39,828 nucleotides of DNA from an uncultured delta proteobacterium (GCA_963765675.1 CAVXXK010000013.1:1-39828), one strand, 5' to 3'. Numbered from the stretch's first letter, positions 1 through 10,131 are shown. Translations and numbers: made by a program. The notes: generated by a model not told the origin, from the sequence alone.

Positions 1-32
1 GTCTTCTGCTCTACCGACTGAGCTACCTGCCC
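1..32 (-). tRNA. 5' part of a tRNA, probably tRNA-Phe (truncated by window edge)
   Basis: Reverse complement reads GGGCAGGTAGCTCAGTCGGTAGAGCAGAAGAC: acceptor 5' strand, D-arm and start of the anticodon stem. The anticodon is outside the window; Phe is inferred from resemblance. Confidence 0.75.
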
Positions 33-114
33 ACCGTTTCGCGCGGAGCATGAACGATCATTCGTACCGGTACTCTGCCGCGCATGCAACCATCGGCACG
101 TCGCTCGACTCGCG

Positions 115-1076
115 CTAGCGCGATAGCTGGGCGCATCGTGCTTCGACGAAATCCATCACCTTCGCTTCCAAGCTCACGCCGTCGAGGCGATCGATCTCCT
201 GCACGCCAGTCGGACTGGTGACGTTCACCTCGGTCAGATAGTCGCCGATTATATCGAGCCCGACGAAGTAGAGGCCGTCGCGCACAAGCCGCGGCTTCAG
301 CATCGCACAGATTTCGCGATCGCGCGCGGTGATCGGCGCCTGTACGCAGGTGCCGCCGACGTGGATATTGCCGCGATGCTCGTCCTCGCGCGGAACTCTA
401 AGCGTCGCACCGAGCGGCTCACCGTCGAGCACGATGAGACGCTTGTCGCCGGCGCGGACCTCGGGAAGATAAAGGTCCGCCGACGATCGGACGGGTCTCG
501 AAATGAGTAATCGATTCAAGTATCGGCGCCGAGGTTGTGGTTGGCAATGTGCACGAAAAACACGCCTTCGCCACCGTGTCCGTCCAGCGGCTTTACGATG
601 ATTTCACCGCTCTGTTCGGCCATGAATTCGCGTAACTGTCCCTATTCGTAGGTGACGATCTGGCGCGGTATCGCGCCGGGAAAGTTGAGCGCGTACAGTT
701 TCTCGGTTCGCTTCGCGCAGCCCCGAGGGGTCGTTGAGAACGAAGGTGCGGCGCGGTCCTCGGCGTAGCCCCAGCAGCATCGTTCGTACAGATAGTTCGC
801 GTCGGCGGCGTGATCCTTGCGATCGAGACCGCGGCGAAATGCTGATCGCGAATCATCGCCCCGTCGAGATAACCAAAGGGCGGGCGCCGCCATACCCTCG
901 CAGCGTCGCGCGCGCATCATGGCCTGGGGCCTGCGCCAACAGATCCCGAGGCCCAGGAAGTAAATTCGTGCCCCCGCCGTAGCGCTTCGAGCATAAAGAC
1001 GAACGTCGGTTTTGTCGACCAGGACGTTCTCGAGCGGGTCCATTATGAACGCGAACTTGTGCGCCACGCGGATCAT
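115..1076 (-). CDS. gshB: Glutathione synthetase (several frameshifts in this sequence)
   Basis: N-terminal KFAFIMDPLE..DKT, central EKLYALNFP, C-terminal GDKRLIVLDGEP..RGNIHVGG..FVGLDIIGDYLTEVNVTSPTG, spread over different frames. Confidence 0.88.
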
Positions 1077-1811
1077 CCTCCGTGATGATCCATTATACGC
1101 CGCGCGTGAGGAATTGCCCCGCGATCGCAAGTGCGACCAGCGCCGCGGTCTCGCTCCGAAGCGTGCGGGCCGAGTCCAGCAGGCACGAACCGGCCTCGGA
1201 CGCTGATGCGAGCTCGGTCGAGGTCGAAATCACCTTCGGGTCCGACTGCGATCAGCACTGCGTTAGGCGCGGCGTGCCGAGAATCGCGCCGATCGGCTCG
1301 GCGCTGGCCGAGCAACTCAACTTGAGCGTTTCTCGCGGCGCGTCGTGAAGCAAGCCGCGGAAATCGATCGCCTCGCGAACCCGCATCGCGGTGCCAGGAT
1401 ACTCTGCTTGGACGCCGCGATCGCCAGCCGGTTCCATCGTGCGTGGCGCTCGGCGCCAGGCTCGCGCACCTCACCGCGCGCGCAAATGATCGGCCATAGC
1501 TCGGTCGCGCCAAGCTCGGCTGCCTTCTCGACAATAAAATCCATGCGTGGACCCTTGATGATAGCCTGCGCGAGGATGAGCCTGGCGCGGCTCAGGCCCG
1601 CCGAGTCGCGAGGACCGAAGCTCGGCGCTGAAACGAGAATAGCGTTCGAGCCGCGCGGAATATTCCAGCCCCGCCGCGTCGATCAGCGTTATCGTCTCGC
1701 CGGGCGCTACCCGCATCACGTCGCGCATATGATGGGCTTCGTCCCCCGTCACGCGGATGTGCCGTCGGCGGCTGGCGGCGATTCGATCGCGAAACGCGGC
1801 GGGGTTTTCAT
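1073..1811 (-). CDS. rsmE: 16S rRNA m3U1498 methyltransferase RsmE (frameshifted)
   Basis: Fragments GDEAHHMRDVMRV..GETITLID, MDFIVEKAAELG..RWNRLAIAASKQS and LIAVGPEG; ATG overlaps the prmA stop (ATGA); lies between prmA and gshB. Confidence 0.88.
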
Positions 1812-2700
1812 CTCGCGAACCCAGTGTTGCCCATCCGCGGCGGCGCGTTTCGGACACAGGTCGTACCAGTTTGCGGTACGCGCGGATCACGCCGCGCGAT
1901 TCGCTGGCTAGAATTCCTCCGAGCACCAGGTGGCCCGGGCGCGAGTCTGCGCACGAGCTCGGGCGCCATCTCGATTAGCACACCTACGCAGAAATCTGCG
2001 ATCACCAGGTCGAAGCGCCCGCGGACGAGTGAAGTGGAATTGCCGAGAAGCGGATCGCGCGGCTCCCGCCGTTCAGATCGGCGTTGTCACGTGCGTTCTC
2101 GAGCGCGTCGGCGTCGATATCGATCGCGACGATTCGCGCGGCTCCTTGCATCCGTACGGCGATCGCCAGCAAGCCCGAGCCGGTGCCGACGTCGAGCGCG
2201 CTGCGAATCGCGCCGCCGCCCGACGCTATCTCCTCGATCGCGCGCAGTGCTCCCGCGGTCGAAGGATGATGTCCTGTGCCGAAGGCGCGGCCCGGTTTGA
2301 TCACAATACTCATCCGATGCGGCTCGGACTTGCGCTGCCACGGCGGCACGATCAAAAACGTTCGTCCGATGCGGAACGGGCGAAAGCGATTCTGCCACAT
2401 CGTGGCCCATCCGGGATCGATGATTCTGCGCAGAGGAATTTTGCCGTCGCCGGCGGCGAGCATCCCTGCTTGGCGCATTGCGAGTCGAAGCCGCGCAAGG
2501 TCGCGCGCCGCAAGGCGATTGAAAAACGCTTCGAGCGTGACGATCGCGCGCGGGAGCTGGTTCGGCCGCGCCAGTTCCGCGACAGCGCATCCGAGCGCGC
2601 CATTGGCGACCAGAAATCCCGCCGCTTCGTCGGCCATCGCAGCCGGAGTACGAAACGCCGCCTTGATGTATGATCGAGCGATAGACTTGGCCTCAGTCAT
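1808..2700 (-). CDS. prmA: Ribosomal protein L11 methyltransferase (frameshifted near C-terminus)
   Basis: W..WQNRFRPFRIG, PGRAFGTGHHPST, LDVGTGSGLLAI, DIDADALENARDN; C-terminal LGGIL and GWATL segments are in other frames. Confidence 0.92.
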
Positions 2701-2839
2701 CGGAACCGCCCGTGATTTTACGCGAGATCGAGTTGCGAAGGGATTGCGGGCTGTGGAGATAATCCAAGGCGGCGATTGCCGAGCCGCGGCGGGACTGCGT
2801 AAGATTCTTCTATCGGATGGCAGTTGCAGGGATCAGACG

Positions 2840-3533
2840 ATGAGCGCGCGTGTCCTGAATATCGGGCATCGCGGCGCCAGCAGAGCATTTCCCGAAAACA
2901 CGCTTGCTGCATTTCGGGCGGCGTGCGATGCGGGCGCGGATATGTGTGAGCTTGATGTGCAGCTAAGCCGCGACGGCGCGGTCGTCGTGATTCACGACGA
3001 CACCGTCGATCGCACCACGAACGGACGCGGCGCGGTCGCCGCGTTCACGCTTGCCGAGCTCAAGTCTCTGGACGCGGGCCGAGGCGAGCGAATCCCGACC
3101 CTCGAAGAGGTGTTCGAGACCACGGCGGGGCGATGCGGTCTGAACGTCGAGCTGAAAATTCCCGGTCTCGAGCCGCAGGTCGCGGAGATTATGCGCAAGC
3201 ATGAAGCGACAGAGACCTCGATGGTGTCGAGCTTCGATTGGAGCGCACTTGAGGCGATGCGCACGGTCGCGCCGGAGATCCGCGCGGGAGTGCTTGGCGG
3301 AAAAGAAGCCGGATCGAATGCTCGAAGCGGCCACACGTCTCCACGCTTACGCGGTGAATCCGCGTTGCGACCTTGTGACGCCGGACCTCTGCATTGCCGC
3401 ACACGCACGCGGATTCAAGGTTCTGGTATGGACCGTCGATCGACCGGAACAGATGCGAGCGCTGATCGAGGCGGGTGTGGACGGAATCATGACCAACTAT
3501 CCCGATCGGATGCGGTCGGTGCTGGACGCGTGA
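2840..3533 (+). CDS. Glycerophosphodiester phosphodiesterase (GDPD/UgpQ family); +1 frameshift near 3295
   Basis: [37 protein letters not shown]; after the shift, [18 protein letters not shown], ending at TGA 3531-3533. Confidence 0.92.
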
Positions 3534-5308
3534 TGGGACGAATCGGCGAAGACAAGATCGAAGAAGTTCGCTCGCGCGCCGATATCGTTGAGATTGTCGG
3601 CGCGCACGTCCGCTTGCGCCGCGCCGGCCGCAACTTCACCGGTCTGTGCCCGTTCCATCAGGAAAAGACTCCGTCATTTTCCGTCAACGCTGAGCGCGGA
3701 TTTTTTCATTGTTTCGGATGCGGCGCCGGCGGTACGGTTTTCAACTTCATCATGAAGATGGAGGGGCTGACGTTTCCCGAAGCGGTGCGCCAGGTCGCGC
3801 ATCGATATGGAATCGAGATCCCTGAAACTGAAAATGCCGGCGGTCCGAGCGTCTCGGAGCGCGACGGGCTCTATCGCGCCAATCAATTCGCCGCGGATTT
3901 CTTCGAACGCGCGCTGTGGAAAAGTGACGAGGGTGCGCGCGCACGCGCGTATCTCGAGACGCGCGGAATTACCGCCGCAACCGCGCACGCATTCAAGATC
4001 GGTTTTACTCCCGAGCAGCCTGTATGGCTCGCGCGTGCGCTGGAGAAACGCGGGTTGACCGATAGCGGCCTCAAGCTCGGACTGCTCAAGCGCGATCCTG
4101 CCGGCACGCACGATATGTTCCGGGCGCGCGTGATGTTCCCGATTCGCGACGTGCAGGGGCGCGTCATCGCGTTCGGGGGCAGGGTGCTCGACGACAGGCA
4201 GCCGAAATATCTGAACTCGCCGGAGTCGCCGCTCTATTCGAAGACCCGCACGCTGTACGGATTATTCGAAGCACGTCAGGCGATCACGGCGAAGGATCGC
4301 GCGATCCTGGTCGAGGGCTATATTGACGCGATCATGCTCTCGCAGGCCGGATTCAAAGAAGTGGTGGCGGGATGCGGCACCGCGCTGACCGTCGAACAGT
4401 TGCGGATGCTCAGCCGGCACACGCGCAACGTGCTCGCGTGCTTCGATGGCGACAGCGCGGGGCGCAAGGCTTCCGTGCGCGCACTCGAAATTTTCCTGCA
4501 GGCAGGTCTGCTGGGGCGCGGGATCTTCATTCCAGCCGGATTTGATCCCGACACATTCATCCGCGAACATGGCGCCGAGAGCTTCACGCGGTTGGCCGAT
4601 TCGGCGGAGCTGTTGATCGATTATTTTCTCCAGACGCAGGCCGAAGAGGCGGGCCGCTCACTGGCCGCGCGTGCGCAAGCGGCGGAGCGGGTGGCGGCCG
4701 TGCTCAGGATGGTCACGAATAACTTCGAGTTCGACATGCTTGCGCGAAAAGCCGCTCCGCTTCTCGGCGTTGGCGAGGAGCTCCTGCGCCGCGAGGCGCG
4801 GCGCCCGGGTGCCGCTTCCTCGCGCGTGCCGGTTACGCGTCCGCCCGCGAGCACACCCGCGCTTCCCGCGGCGGACGCTGGCTCTCGCGCCGAGATTGGA
4901 TTGGTCGCGATCGCGCTGCTGCATCCGCAGCTCCGCGCGGAGATCGCAGTCTCCGGAGCCGAGCAGAACTATGCCAATCCGGATCTCGCCCAGGCCCTGA
5001 TGGAGGTGTGCACGCGCGATGAGCCGCATCAGGCGCTGGTCGGATGGGCGGCGGAGCGGCTGACTGCCGAGCAGCAATCTGCAATCGCGGCGATGGCTAT
5101 CGACGTTTTTATCGAGAATCGCGATCAGGCGCGCGCGCTCGCTTCGGACTACCTTGCGGCGCTTGCGCGCCGCCGCCGCGGGCGCGAAGTCGAATCTCTC
5201 AGGCGCAGTGCGCGCGCGTCGTCTGACTCGCGCGATGGTGATGATCAGGCGGCAGCGGCGGCGCAGGCGGTGATTTCGCTCAGGCGGGAATCCGAAACCG
5301 GGCGATGA
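3533..5308 (+). CDS. dnaG: DNA primase
   Basis: Zinc finger CPFH..FHCFGC, FRARVMFPI, KYLNSPESPLY, TOPRIM motifs VEGYID and FDGDSAG; ATG overlaps the upstream stop (TGATG). Confidence 0.97.
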   Translation: MGRIGEDKIEEVRSRADIVEIVGAHVRLRRAGRNFTGLCPFHQEKTPSFSVNAERGFFHCFGCGAGGTVFNFIMKMEGLTFPEAVRQVAHRYGIEIPETENAGGPSVSERDGLYRANQFAADFFERALWKSDEGARARAYLETRGITAATAHAFKIGFTPEQPVWLARALEKRGLTDSGLKLGLLKRDPAGTHDMFRARVMFPIRDVQGRVIAFGGRVLDDRQPKYLNSPESPLYSKTRTLYGLFEARQAITAKDRAILVEGYIDAIMLSQAGFKEVVAGCGTALTVEQLRMLSRHTRNVLACFDGDSAGRKASVRALEIFLQAGLLGRGIFIPAGFDPDTFIREHGAESFTRLADSAELLIDYFLQTQAEEAGRSLAARAQAAERVAAVLRMVTNNFEFDMLARKAAPLLGVGEELLRREARRPGAASSRVPVTRPPASTPALPAADAGSRAEIGLVAIALLHPQLRAEIAVSGAEQNYANPDLAQALMEVCTRDEPHQALVGWAAERLTAEQQSAIAAMAIDVFIENRDQARALASDYLAALARRRRGREVESLRRSARASSDSRDGDDQAAAAAQAVISLRRESETGR

Positions 5309-5348
5309 AGCAATGGCCGGCGGCATAAACGAACTTTGCTGGTGCCAC

Positions 5349-5377
5349 TTAAAACCTCCGGCGCGAATTGGTAGCAT
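5349..5377 (+). promoter_or_regulatory. Putative sigma70 promoter for the tRNA
   Basis: TTAAAA-N17-TAGCAT with an extended -10 TG, 25 nt upstream of the tRNA. Confidence 0.4.
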
Positions 5378-5402
5378 CAAGTGTCGCTCGATGCATCTTC
5401 AA

Positions 5403-5478
5403 GGGCCCATAGCTCAGCCAGGTTCAGAGCTGCCGGCTCATAACCGGCTGGTCCCAGGTTCAAATCCTGGTGGGCCCA
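5403..5478 (+). tRNA. tRNA with CAU anticodon, most likely tRNA-Ile2 (lysidine-modified); CCA not encoded
   Basis: Full cloverleaf: GGGCCCA/TGGGCCC acceptor stem, GCCGG-CTCATAA-CCGGC anticodon arm, CCAGG-TTCAAAT-CCTGG T-arm. Acceptor sequence and position after dnaG match Ile2. Confidence 0.92.
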
Positions 5479-5542
5479 TCTCATTATCGATGGAGTCATT
5501 TTCAACGCTGAACGCGCATGCGCGAACACTCGCGCGCGCGCA

Positions 5543-6301
5543 TTGGAGGACGAATTGCGCGAAGAGATAGCGCGGCTGATGGACTTGCAAGTCCTCGACC
5601 GCCAGCTGCAAGAACTCGAACTGTCGCTAGCGGAAGTCGCCGGACGGGTGGAGCAACTGCGCGCCGAAACCGAAAAGAACCAGGCTGAGCTTCAGCGCCT
5701 TACCGAGGAAGATCAGCAGGTTGCCGCCGCGCGCAAGCGACTGGAAAAGGAACTGGCCGAAGGCGAAGCCCGGATCCGCAACAAGCGGATGCGCTTGAAC
5801 ATCGTGCGCACCGACAAGGAACTGCAGGCGGTCACGCACGAAGTGGATTCGCTGAAGGAAACCAACCAGAAGATGGAAGCGGATTTGGTTGCGTTGAACG
5901 ACGCGGTCGGATCGCGCGCGGCGCGAATCAAGGAACTGGGCGAGATCGTCGCGACCGCACGCACCGAGCTCGCCGCCGCGGAAAAGGAAATCGCCGACCG
6001 CGTCGAGGATCTGAAGACCTCGATTGGCGCGCAGCGCACCGAACGCAATAAGGCCGCCTCCGCGATCACTCCTGCTCTGCTGTCGCGCTATACGATGCTG
6101 TTTCAGCGGCGCGCGGGTCTTGCGATTGCGATCGTGAAACCGCTGGCGAAAGACGGCAAGTGCAGTGGATGCCAGCGTCTGCTCCCGCCGCAGCTTTACA
6201 ACGAGATCCAGAAGCCCAAGCAGGTCCAGATTTATTCCTGTCCGAACTGCCAGCGAATCCTGTTCTACGAGGCCCCGGCTGCGCCGCCGCCCGAAGAATG
6301 A
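5543..6301 (+). CDS. Coiled-coil protein with C4 zinc ribbon (HP0958/CT398-like)
   Basis: LMDLQVLD N-terminus, long heptad coiled coil, CSGC..LPPQ..CPNCQRILF; TTG start. Confidence 0.9.
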   Translation: MEDELREEIARLMDLQVLDRQLQELELSLAEVAGRVEQLRAETEKNQAELQRLTEEDQQVAAARKRLEKELAEGEARIRNKRMRLNIVRTDKELQAVTHEVDSLKETNQKMEADLVALNDAVGSRAARIKELGEIVATARTELAAAEKEIADRVEDLKTSIGAQRTERNKAASAITPALLSRYTMLFQRRAGLAIAIVKPLAKDGKCSGCQRLLPPQLYNEIQKPKQVQIYSCPNCQRILFYEAPAAPPPEE

Positions 6302-6349
6302 TTGTGCGCGAGGCGACTGGTCCGTGACGCGCTGCTAAAATCACGCCGC

Positions 6350-6687
6350 CGGAGTGAGTCGGGCGATCGCTCTCCGCAAGGGGAGAGGAAAGTCCGGGCT
6401 CCACAGGGCAGGATGGCCGCTAACGGCGGCGCGGAGCGATCCGCGGAAAGTGGCACAGAAAACAGACCGCCCGAAAGGGCAAGGGTGAAATGGCGGGGTA
6501 AGAGCCCACCGGCGCGCGAGTAATCGCGCGCGCATGCCAAACCCCATCCGGAGCAAGACCAAATAGGAGGGTGAGCGGCCCGCTCATAGCCCTCGGGTAT
6601 GGTCGCACGAGCGCACGGGCAACCGGGCGCCTAGAGGAATGATCGCCGCCCGCAAGGGTACAGAACCCGGCTTACAGACTCACTCCG
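6350..6687 (+). ncRNA. rnpB: RNase P RNA, bacterial type A
   Basis: Conserved GAGGAAAGTCCGGGCTCC, ACAGAAAACAGACCGCC, AAACCCCATCCGGAGCAAG and ACAGAACCCGGCTTA; terminal P1 helix GGAGTGAGTC/GACTCACTCC; TGCTAAAAT -10-like box just upstream. Confidence 0.97.
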
Positions 6688-7894
6688 GTTCTATTCCTTC
6701 CTCGCGTATCGATTTCGCCGCGGCCTCGAGCACGCGCAAAATCTCCGTGCCGCCGGTGATGTAGCTGGCGATGAGCGCGAGCGCGCGCAGATCGGGTACC
6801 CCGATTCCAAGTTCGGGAGCGACCGAGAGTTTGACATTCGCCGGAAGCTCGCGCGCGAACTCGGCAACTCTCGCGATCTGCGCGAGAGTACGGACACGGT
6901 ACTGCTCCAAATTCCGCACCAGCGCCGCACATCCTGGCCGATTCGCGGAAGCGGTGGGGAGCGAAGCAATCGCGTCCAGATGGGCCAGCGCGCGGCGCGA
7001 GTTGTGCGCGGCCTCCTGCCATGAATGCTCATCGAGGAATCGGTTGATAATGATCGCGGACAGATGCAGCTTTTCGCGCTTCATCTCGCTGATCAGATCG
7101 CGGGCCTGTCGCAGCCTATCCTCCTCGGCCGTCGTCACCATCACGAAGCGCACTGCCGGCGAGCGCATCAGCGCTTCGGTCTTGCGCAACCGATCCACCA
7201 CCGCATCGACGGTCTCGGACGCGGCGGCGAAGAACTCGGCGATAGTCGAGAGCACGTTGCCGCCCGCGAAACGCTCGAGCTCGCGCATCACGAAGCGGGC
7301 CGCGTTGCTCGCGACCTTCACCGCCAGCCATCCCGCCGAAAGCGACGGCGTGAACAGCCATCGCGCGGTGCGCGAATCGAGCAGGCGGGTGAAGCGCGCG
7401 GGCGCCTCCAGGAACTCGAACGCGTGCGCGGCCGGAGGAGTATCGACAATCTCGAGCGCGAAGTCGCCGCTTTGGTGAAGATCGTAAAGCTGCTGCAGCG
7501 CGGCGAAAGCCTCCGCGCCCGCGAACTCCGCCGACAGGCTCTGATAAAACGGATTATCCAGAATCCGTTTGCGTGCCGCGGGATCGGTGGCGAAGCGCTC
7601 GACAATTCCGTCCCAGACGCCTTTTGCGTCCAGCATCATCGCGGAAAGCGGAAGCGCCGGGTCCAGGCCCGCGCTGCGCAAATGGCGCACAGATAATCGC
7701 GTTGGACTTCCGCCGAGTTTCGCGACGCCCAGCGCGTCGCGCAGGCGGCGGGCGGGATCAACCGTGATTAGCGCGCAATTAAGGTTCGCCTGAGCGCCCG
7801 CGATGCCGAGCGCGGCGGCGACAGTGGTCTTTCCGACTCCGCCGGTGCCGAGCACAATCACGATCGAGCCTTGCTTGAGAAGATCTTTCAACAA
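6680..7894 (-). CDS. ArsA/Get3-like ATPase (actinobacterial/myxobacterial type)
   Basis: GTGGVGKTT Walker A, ITVDPARRL.DALG, IVDTPPA. TTG start inferred; the ORF-track extension to 8080 overlaps rmuC. Confidence 0.85.
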   Translation of the reverse strand: MLKDLLKQGSIVIVLGTGGVGKTTVAAALGIAGAQANLNCALITVDPARRLRDALGVAKLGGSPTRLSVRHLRSAGLDPALPLSAMMLDAKGVWDGIVERFATDPAARKRILDNPFYQSLSAEFAGAEAFAALQQLYDLHQSGDFALEIVDTPPAAHAFEFLEAPARFTRLLDSRTARWLFTPSLSAGWLAVKVASNAARFVMRELERFAGGNVLSTIAEFFAAASETVDAVVDRLRKTEALMRSPAVRFVMVTTAEEDRLRQARDLISEMKREKLHLSAIIINRFLDEHSWQEAAHNSRRALAHLDAIASLPTASANRPGCAALVRNLEQYRVRTLAQIARVAEFARELPANVKLSVAPELGIGVPDLRALALIASYITGGTEILRVLEAAAKSIREEGIEPE

Positions 7895-8025
7895 CCGGCT
7901 CCGGGCGCGGTGCAAATAGGGCACACAATAGCAGGCCCGCCGCGCGGACGCATCGCGCAGCCGTTGTCGTAGCCGCCCCAGGGGTGCGTTTCGCTCGGGC
8001 GGCGACAAGTTTAGAATCCTGAGCC

Positions 8026-9390
8026 ATGGAAGGAACCGTCGCACTGCTTGCGCTGATTGTCGGCCTCGCGATCGGCACACTAATCGGATGGCTGATGAGC
8101 AGGGCCGGCACGGCCGCGGCGCTTGCGACCGCCGAGCAGGAGCGCAAGTCGCGCGAATCGCTCGCGAGCGAAGTCAAAGAGCTGCGCGAGCAGCTCTCGG
8201 CGGCGCGCGATGAAAAAATGGAGGCGGAGACCAACCTTCGCAATGCCACGGAACGCCTTGCGCAGGAGCGCAGCCTGCTCGACGACGCAAAGACCAAACT
8301 CACCGACACGTTCCAGGCGTTGGCGGCGCAAGCGCTGCGCCAGAGCAGCGAGGGCTTCCTGCGCTTGGCGACGGAACGGCTGGGTGTCGTCAGTACGGCA
8401 GCGACCAGCGACGTCGAAGCCCGCAAGAAGGAGATCGAAACGCTGGTCAAGCCGCTGGGCGAGTCGCTCGCGGCGATGAACGCGCAGATCCAGGCGCTCG
8501 AAAAAGCGCGCAGCTTCGCGTACGGCGAGCTCGGCAATCAGGTGAAATCCCTCATCACCACGCAAACCGAGCTACGCTCCGAGACAGCTAATCTGGTCAA
8601 AGCGCTGCGCGCTCCGCAGGTGCGGGGCCGATGGGGCGAGGTCCAGCTCAAGCGCGTGGTGGAATTAGCCGGGATGCTCGAGCGGTGCGATTTCTTTCAA
8701 CAGGAGAGCGTCGAGACCGACAACGGGCGGCTGCGTCCCGACTTGCGCGTGCAGCTTCCCGGCTCTCGCAGCATCATCGTTGATGCGAAGACTCCTCTGC
8801 AGGCCTATCTCGACGCGCTCGAAGCTCCTACGGACGAACTGCGCAACGCCAAGCTCAAGGAGCATGCGCGGCAGGTGCGCGATCACATGGGAAAGTTGGA
8901 AGCGAAGGCCTATTGGGAGCAGTTCGAGCCGGCGCCGCAGTTCGTGGTGATGTTCCTGCCGGGCGAGACGTTTTTCAGCGCCGCGCTCGAGCAGGATCCG
9001 TCGCTAATCGAGGCCGGCAGAGATCGGGTGATCCTCGCGACGCCGACCACGCTCATCGCACTGCTGCGCGCCGTCGCGTACGGATGGATGCAGCAGGAGA
9101 CGGCGGAGAATGCGGATCGAATCCGCATCCTCGGGCGCGATCTTTACGAGCGGCTCGCGACCGTGGTTGAGTTCCTCGACAGCGTCGGGACGCACCTTGG
9201 CCGTTCGATCGACGCCTTCAACAAGGCGGTGGGTTCGTTTGAGATGCGCGTGGCTCCGGCCGCGCGCCGATTCAAGGAGCTCGGCATCGCGAGCGACAAG
9301 GAACTTCAACTGAATCCAATCGACAAAATTCCCCGCCAGGTGGACGAGACGCCCACGCTGCCTTTTCCGACCGAGCCAATTGAGAACTGA
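8026..9390 (+). CDS. rmuC: DNA recombination protein RmuC
   Basis: N-terminal TM anchor, coiled coil, RGRWGEVQL, RPD..LPG..IVDAK, FVVMFLPGE, ATPTTLIALLR. Confidence 0.95.
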   Translation: MEGTVALLALIVGLAIGTLIGWLMSRAGTAAALATAEQERKSRESLASEVKELREQLSAARDEKMEAETNLRNATERLAQERSLLDDAKTKLTDTFQALAAQALRQSSEGFLRLATERLGVVSTAATSDVEARKKEIETLVKPLGESLAAMNAQIQALEKARSFAYGELGNQVKSLITTQTELRSETANLVKALRAPQVRGRWGEVQLKRVVELAGMLERCDFFQQESVETDNGRLRPDLRVQLPGSRSIIVDAKTPLQAYLDALEAPTDELRNAKLKEHARQVRDHMGKLEAKAYWEQFEPAPQFVVMFLPGETFFSAALEQDPSLIEAGRDRVILATPTTLIALLRAVAYGWMQQETAENADRIRILGRDLYERLATVVEFLDSVGTHLGRSIDAFNKAVGSFEMRVAPAARRFKELGIASDKELQLNPIDKIPRQVDETPTLPFPTEPIEN

Positions 9391-9402
9391 GCGCGGCTGT
9401 TG

Positions 9403-10131
9403 TTATGCGGCGGTTGCTGCGCGCAGTTGCTGCTCGTAGTGGTCCGCCAGCCGCGAGAGCATCGCGGCGCCGTCGCCTGAGAATGACGAGCCGTGCATGA
9501 TCGCGAGTGTCCGCGGCGCGAGCGCGGCGAGCTTGCGCACGGTCGGTGCGGCGGTGGGAGTGAGGGCGGTGAAGGGCAAAATCTTTTCGACCTCGACCGC
9601 TGTGCCCGCAACGTCGCGATCGGTAACCGCAACCGGCTCGCCGAGTTGCGTGAACAGATCGCTGGTAAACAACGTGCGCGTGGTTTCCTCGAAAATCAGG
9701 CCGGCGTCCCAACAGTGCGGCAGGTGCGGCGTATCGATGCGGCGGACGACTTTGCCGCCCAGGTCGAGCTGTTCGCCGTCGGCCAGCGCGCGCGGCGGAC
9801 GTATCGCGGTGTCGTTCAGCCAGATGTTGCAGCCGACGCGGCCGTGCGCCGCAGTGGCCGTGGGAGCCGCTGTGAGCCATTCGTTCATCGATCCGCATTC
9901 GTCGGATTCGACGTGGCTGAAGGTGATCCAGCGCAGGCGTTGCAGATCGATCACTCGCGACGCCGCGGCGGAAACAGACGGGAACAGCGCGCGCTGGCCG
10001 CAGTGGAACAACAGCGGCTGGTCCGCATCGATGAGGAATTGGTTGAAGGTTAAACCGACGCCGGCGACACCGGGAACGAAGGTGGCAAAGCGGTAAATGC
10101 GATCGGCGATTTCATCGACTTTGGTTTCCAT
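9403..10131 (-). CDS. Metallo-beta-lactamase-fold di-iron protein (FprA N-terminal/ODP-like, standalone)
   Basis: FNQFLID, SHVESDECGS, TPHLPHCWD, LFTSDLF, MHGS; no flavodoxin domain. Confidence 0.8.
   Translation of the reverse strand: METKVDEIADRIYRFATFVPGVAGVGLTFNQFLIDADQPLLFHCGQRALFPSVSAAASRVIDLQRLRWITFSHVESDECGSMNEWLTAAPTATAAHGRVGCNIWLNDTAIRPPRALADGEQLDLGGKVVRRIDTPHLPHCWDAGLIFEETTRTLFTSDLFTQLGEPVAVTDRDVAGTAVEVEKILPFTALTPTAAPTVRKLAALAPRTLAIMHGSSFSGDGAAMLSRLADHYEQQLRAATAA

Noticed and set aside
2276-5308. 1010-aa ORF suggesting a GDPD-primase fusion
   Set aside because: Artefact. The 5' part is antisense to prmA, and a +1 indel near 3295 moves GDPD into the dnaG frame. The true GDPD C-terminus is in another frame and ends at the dnaG ATG.
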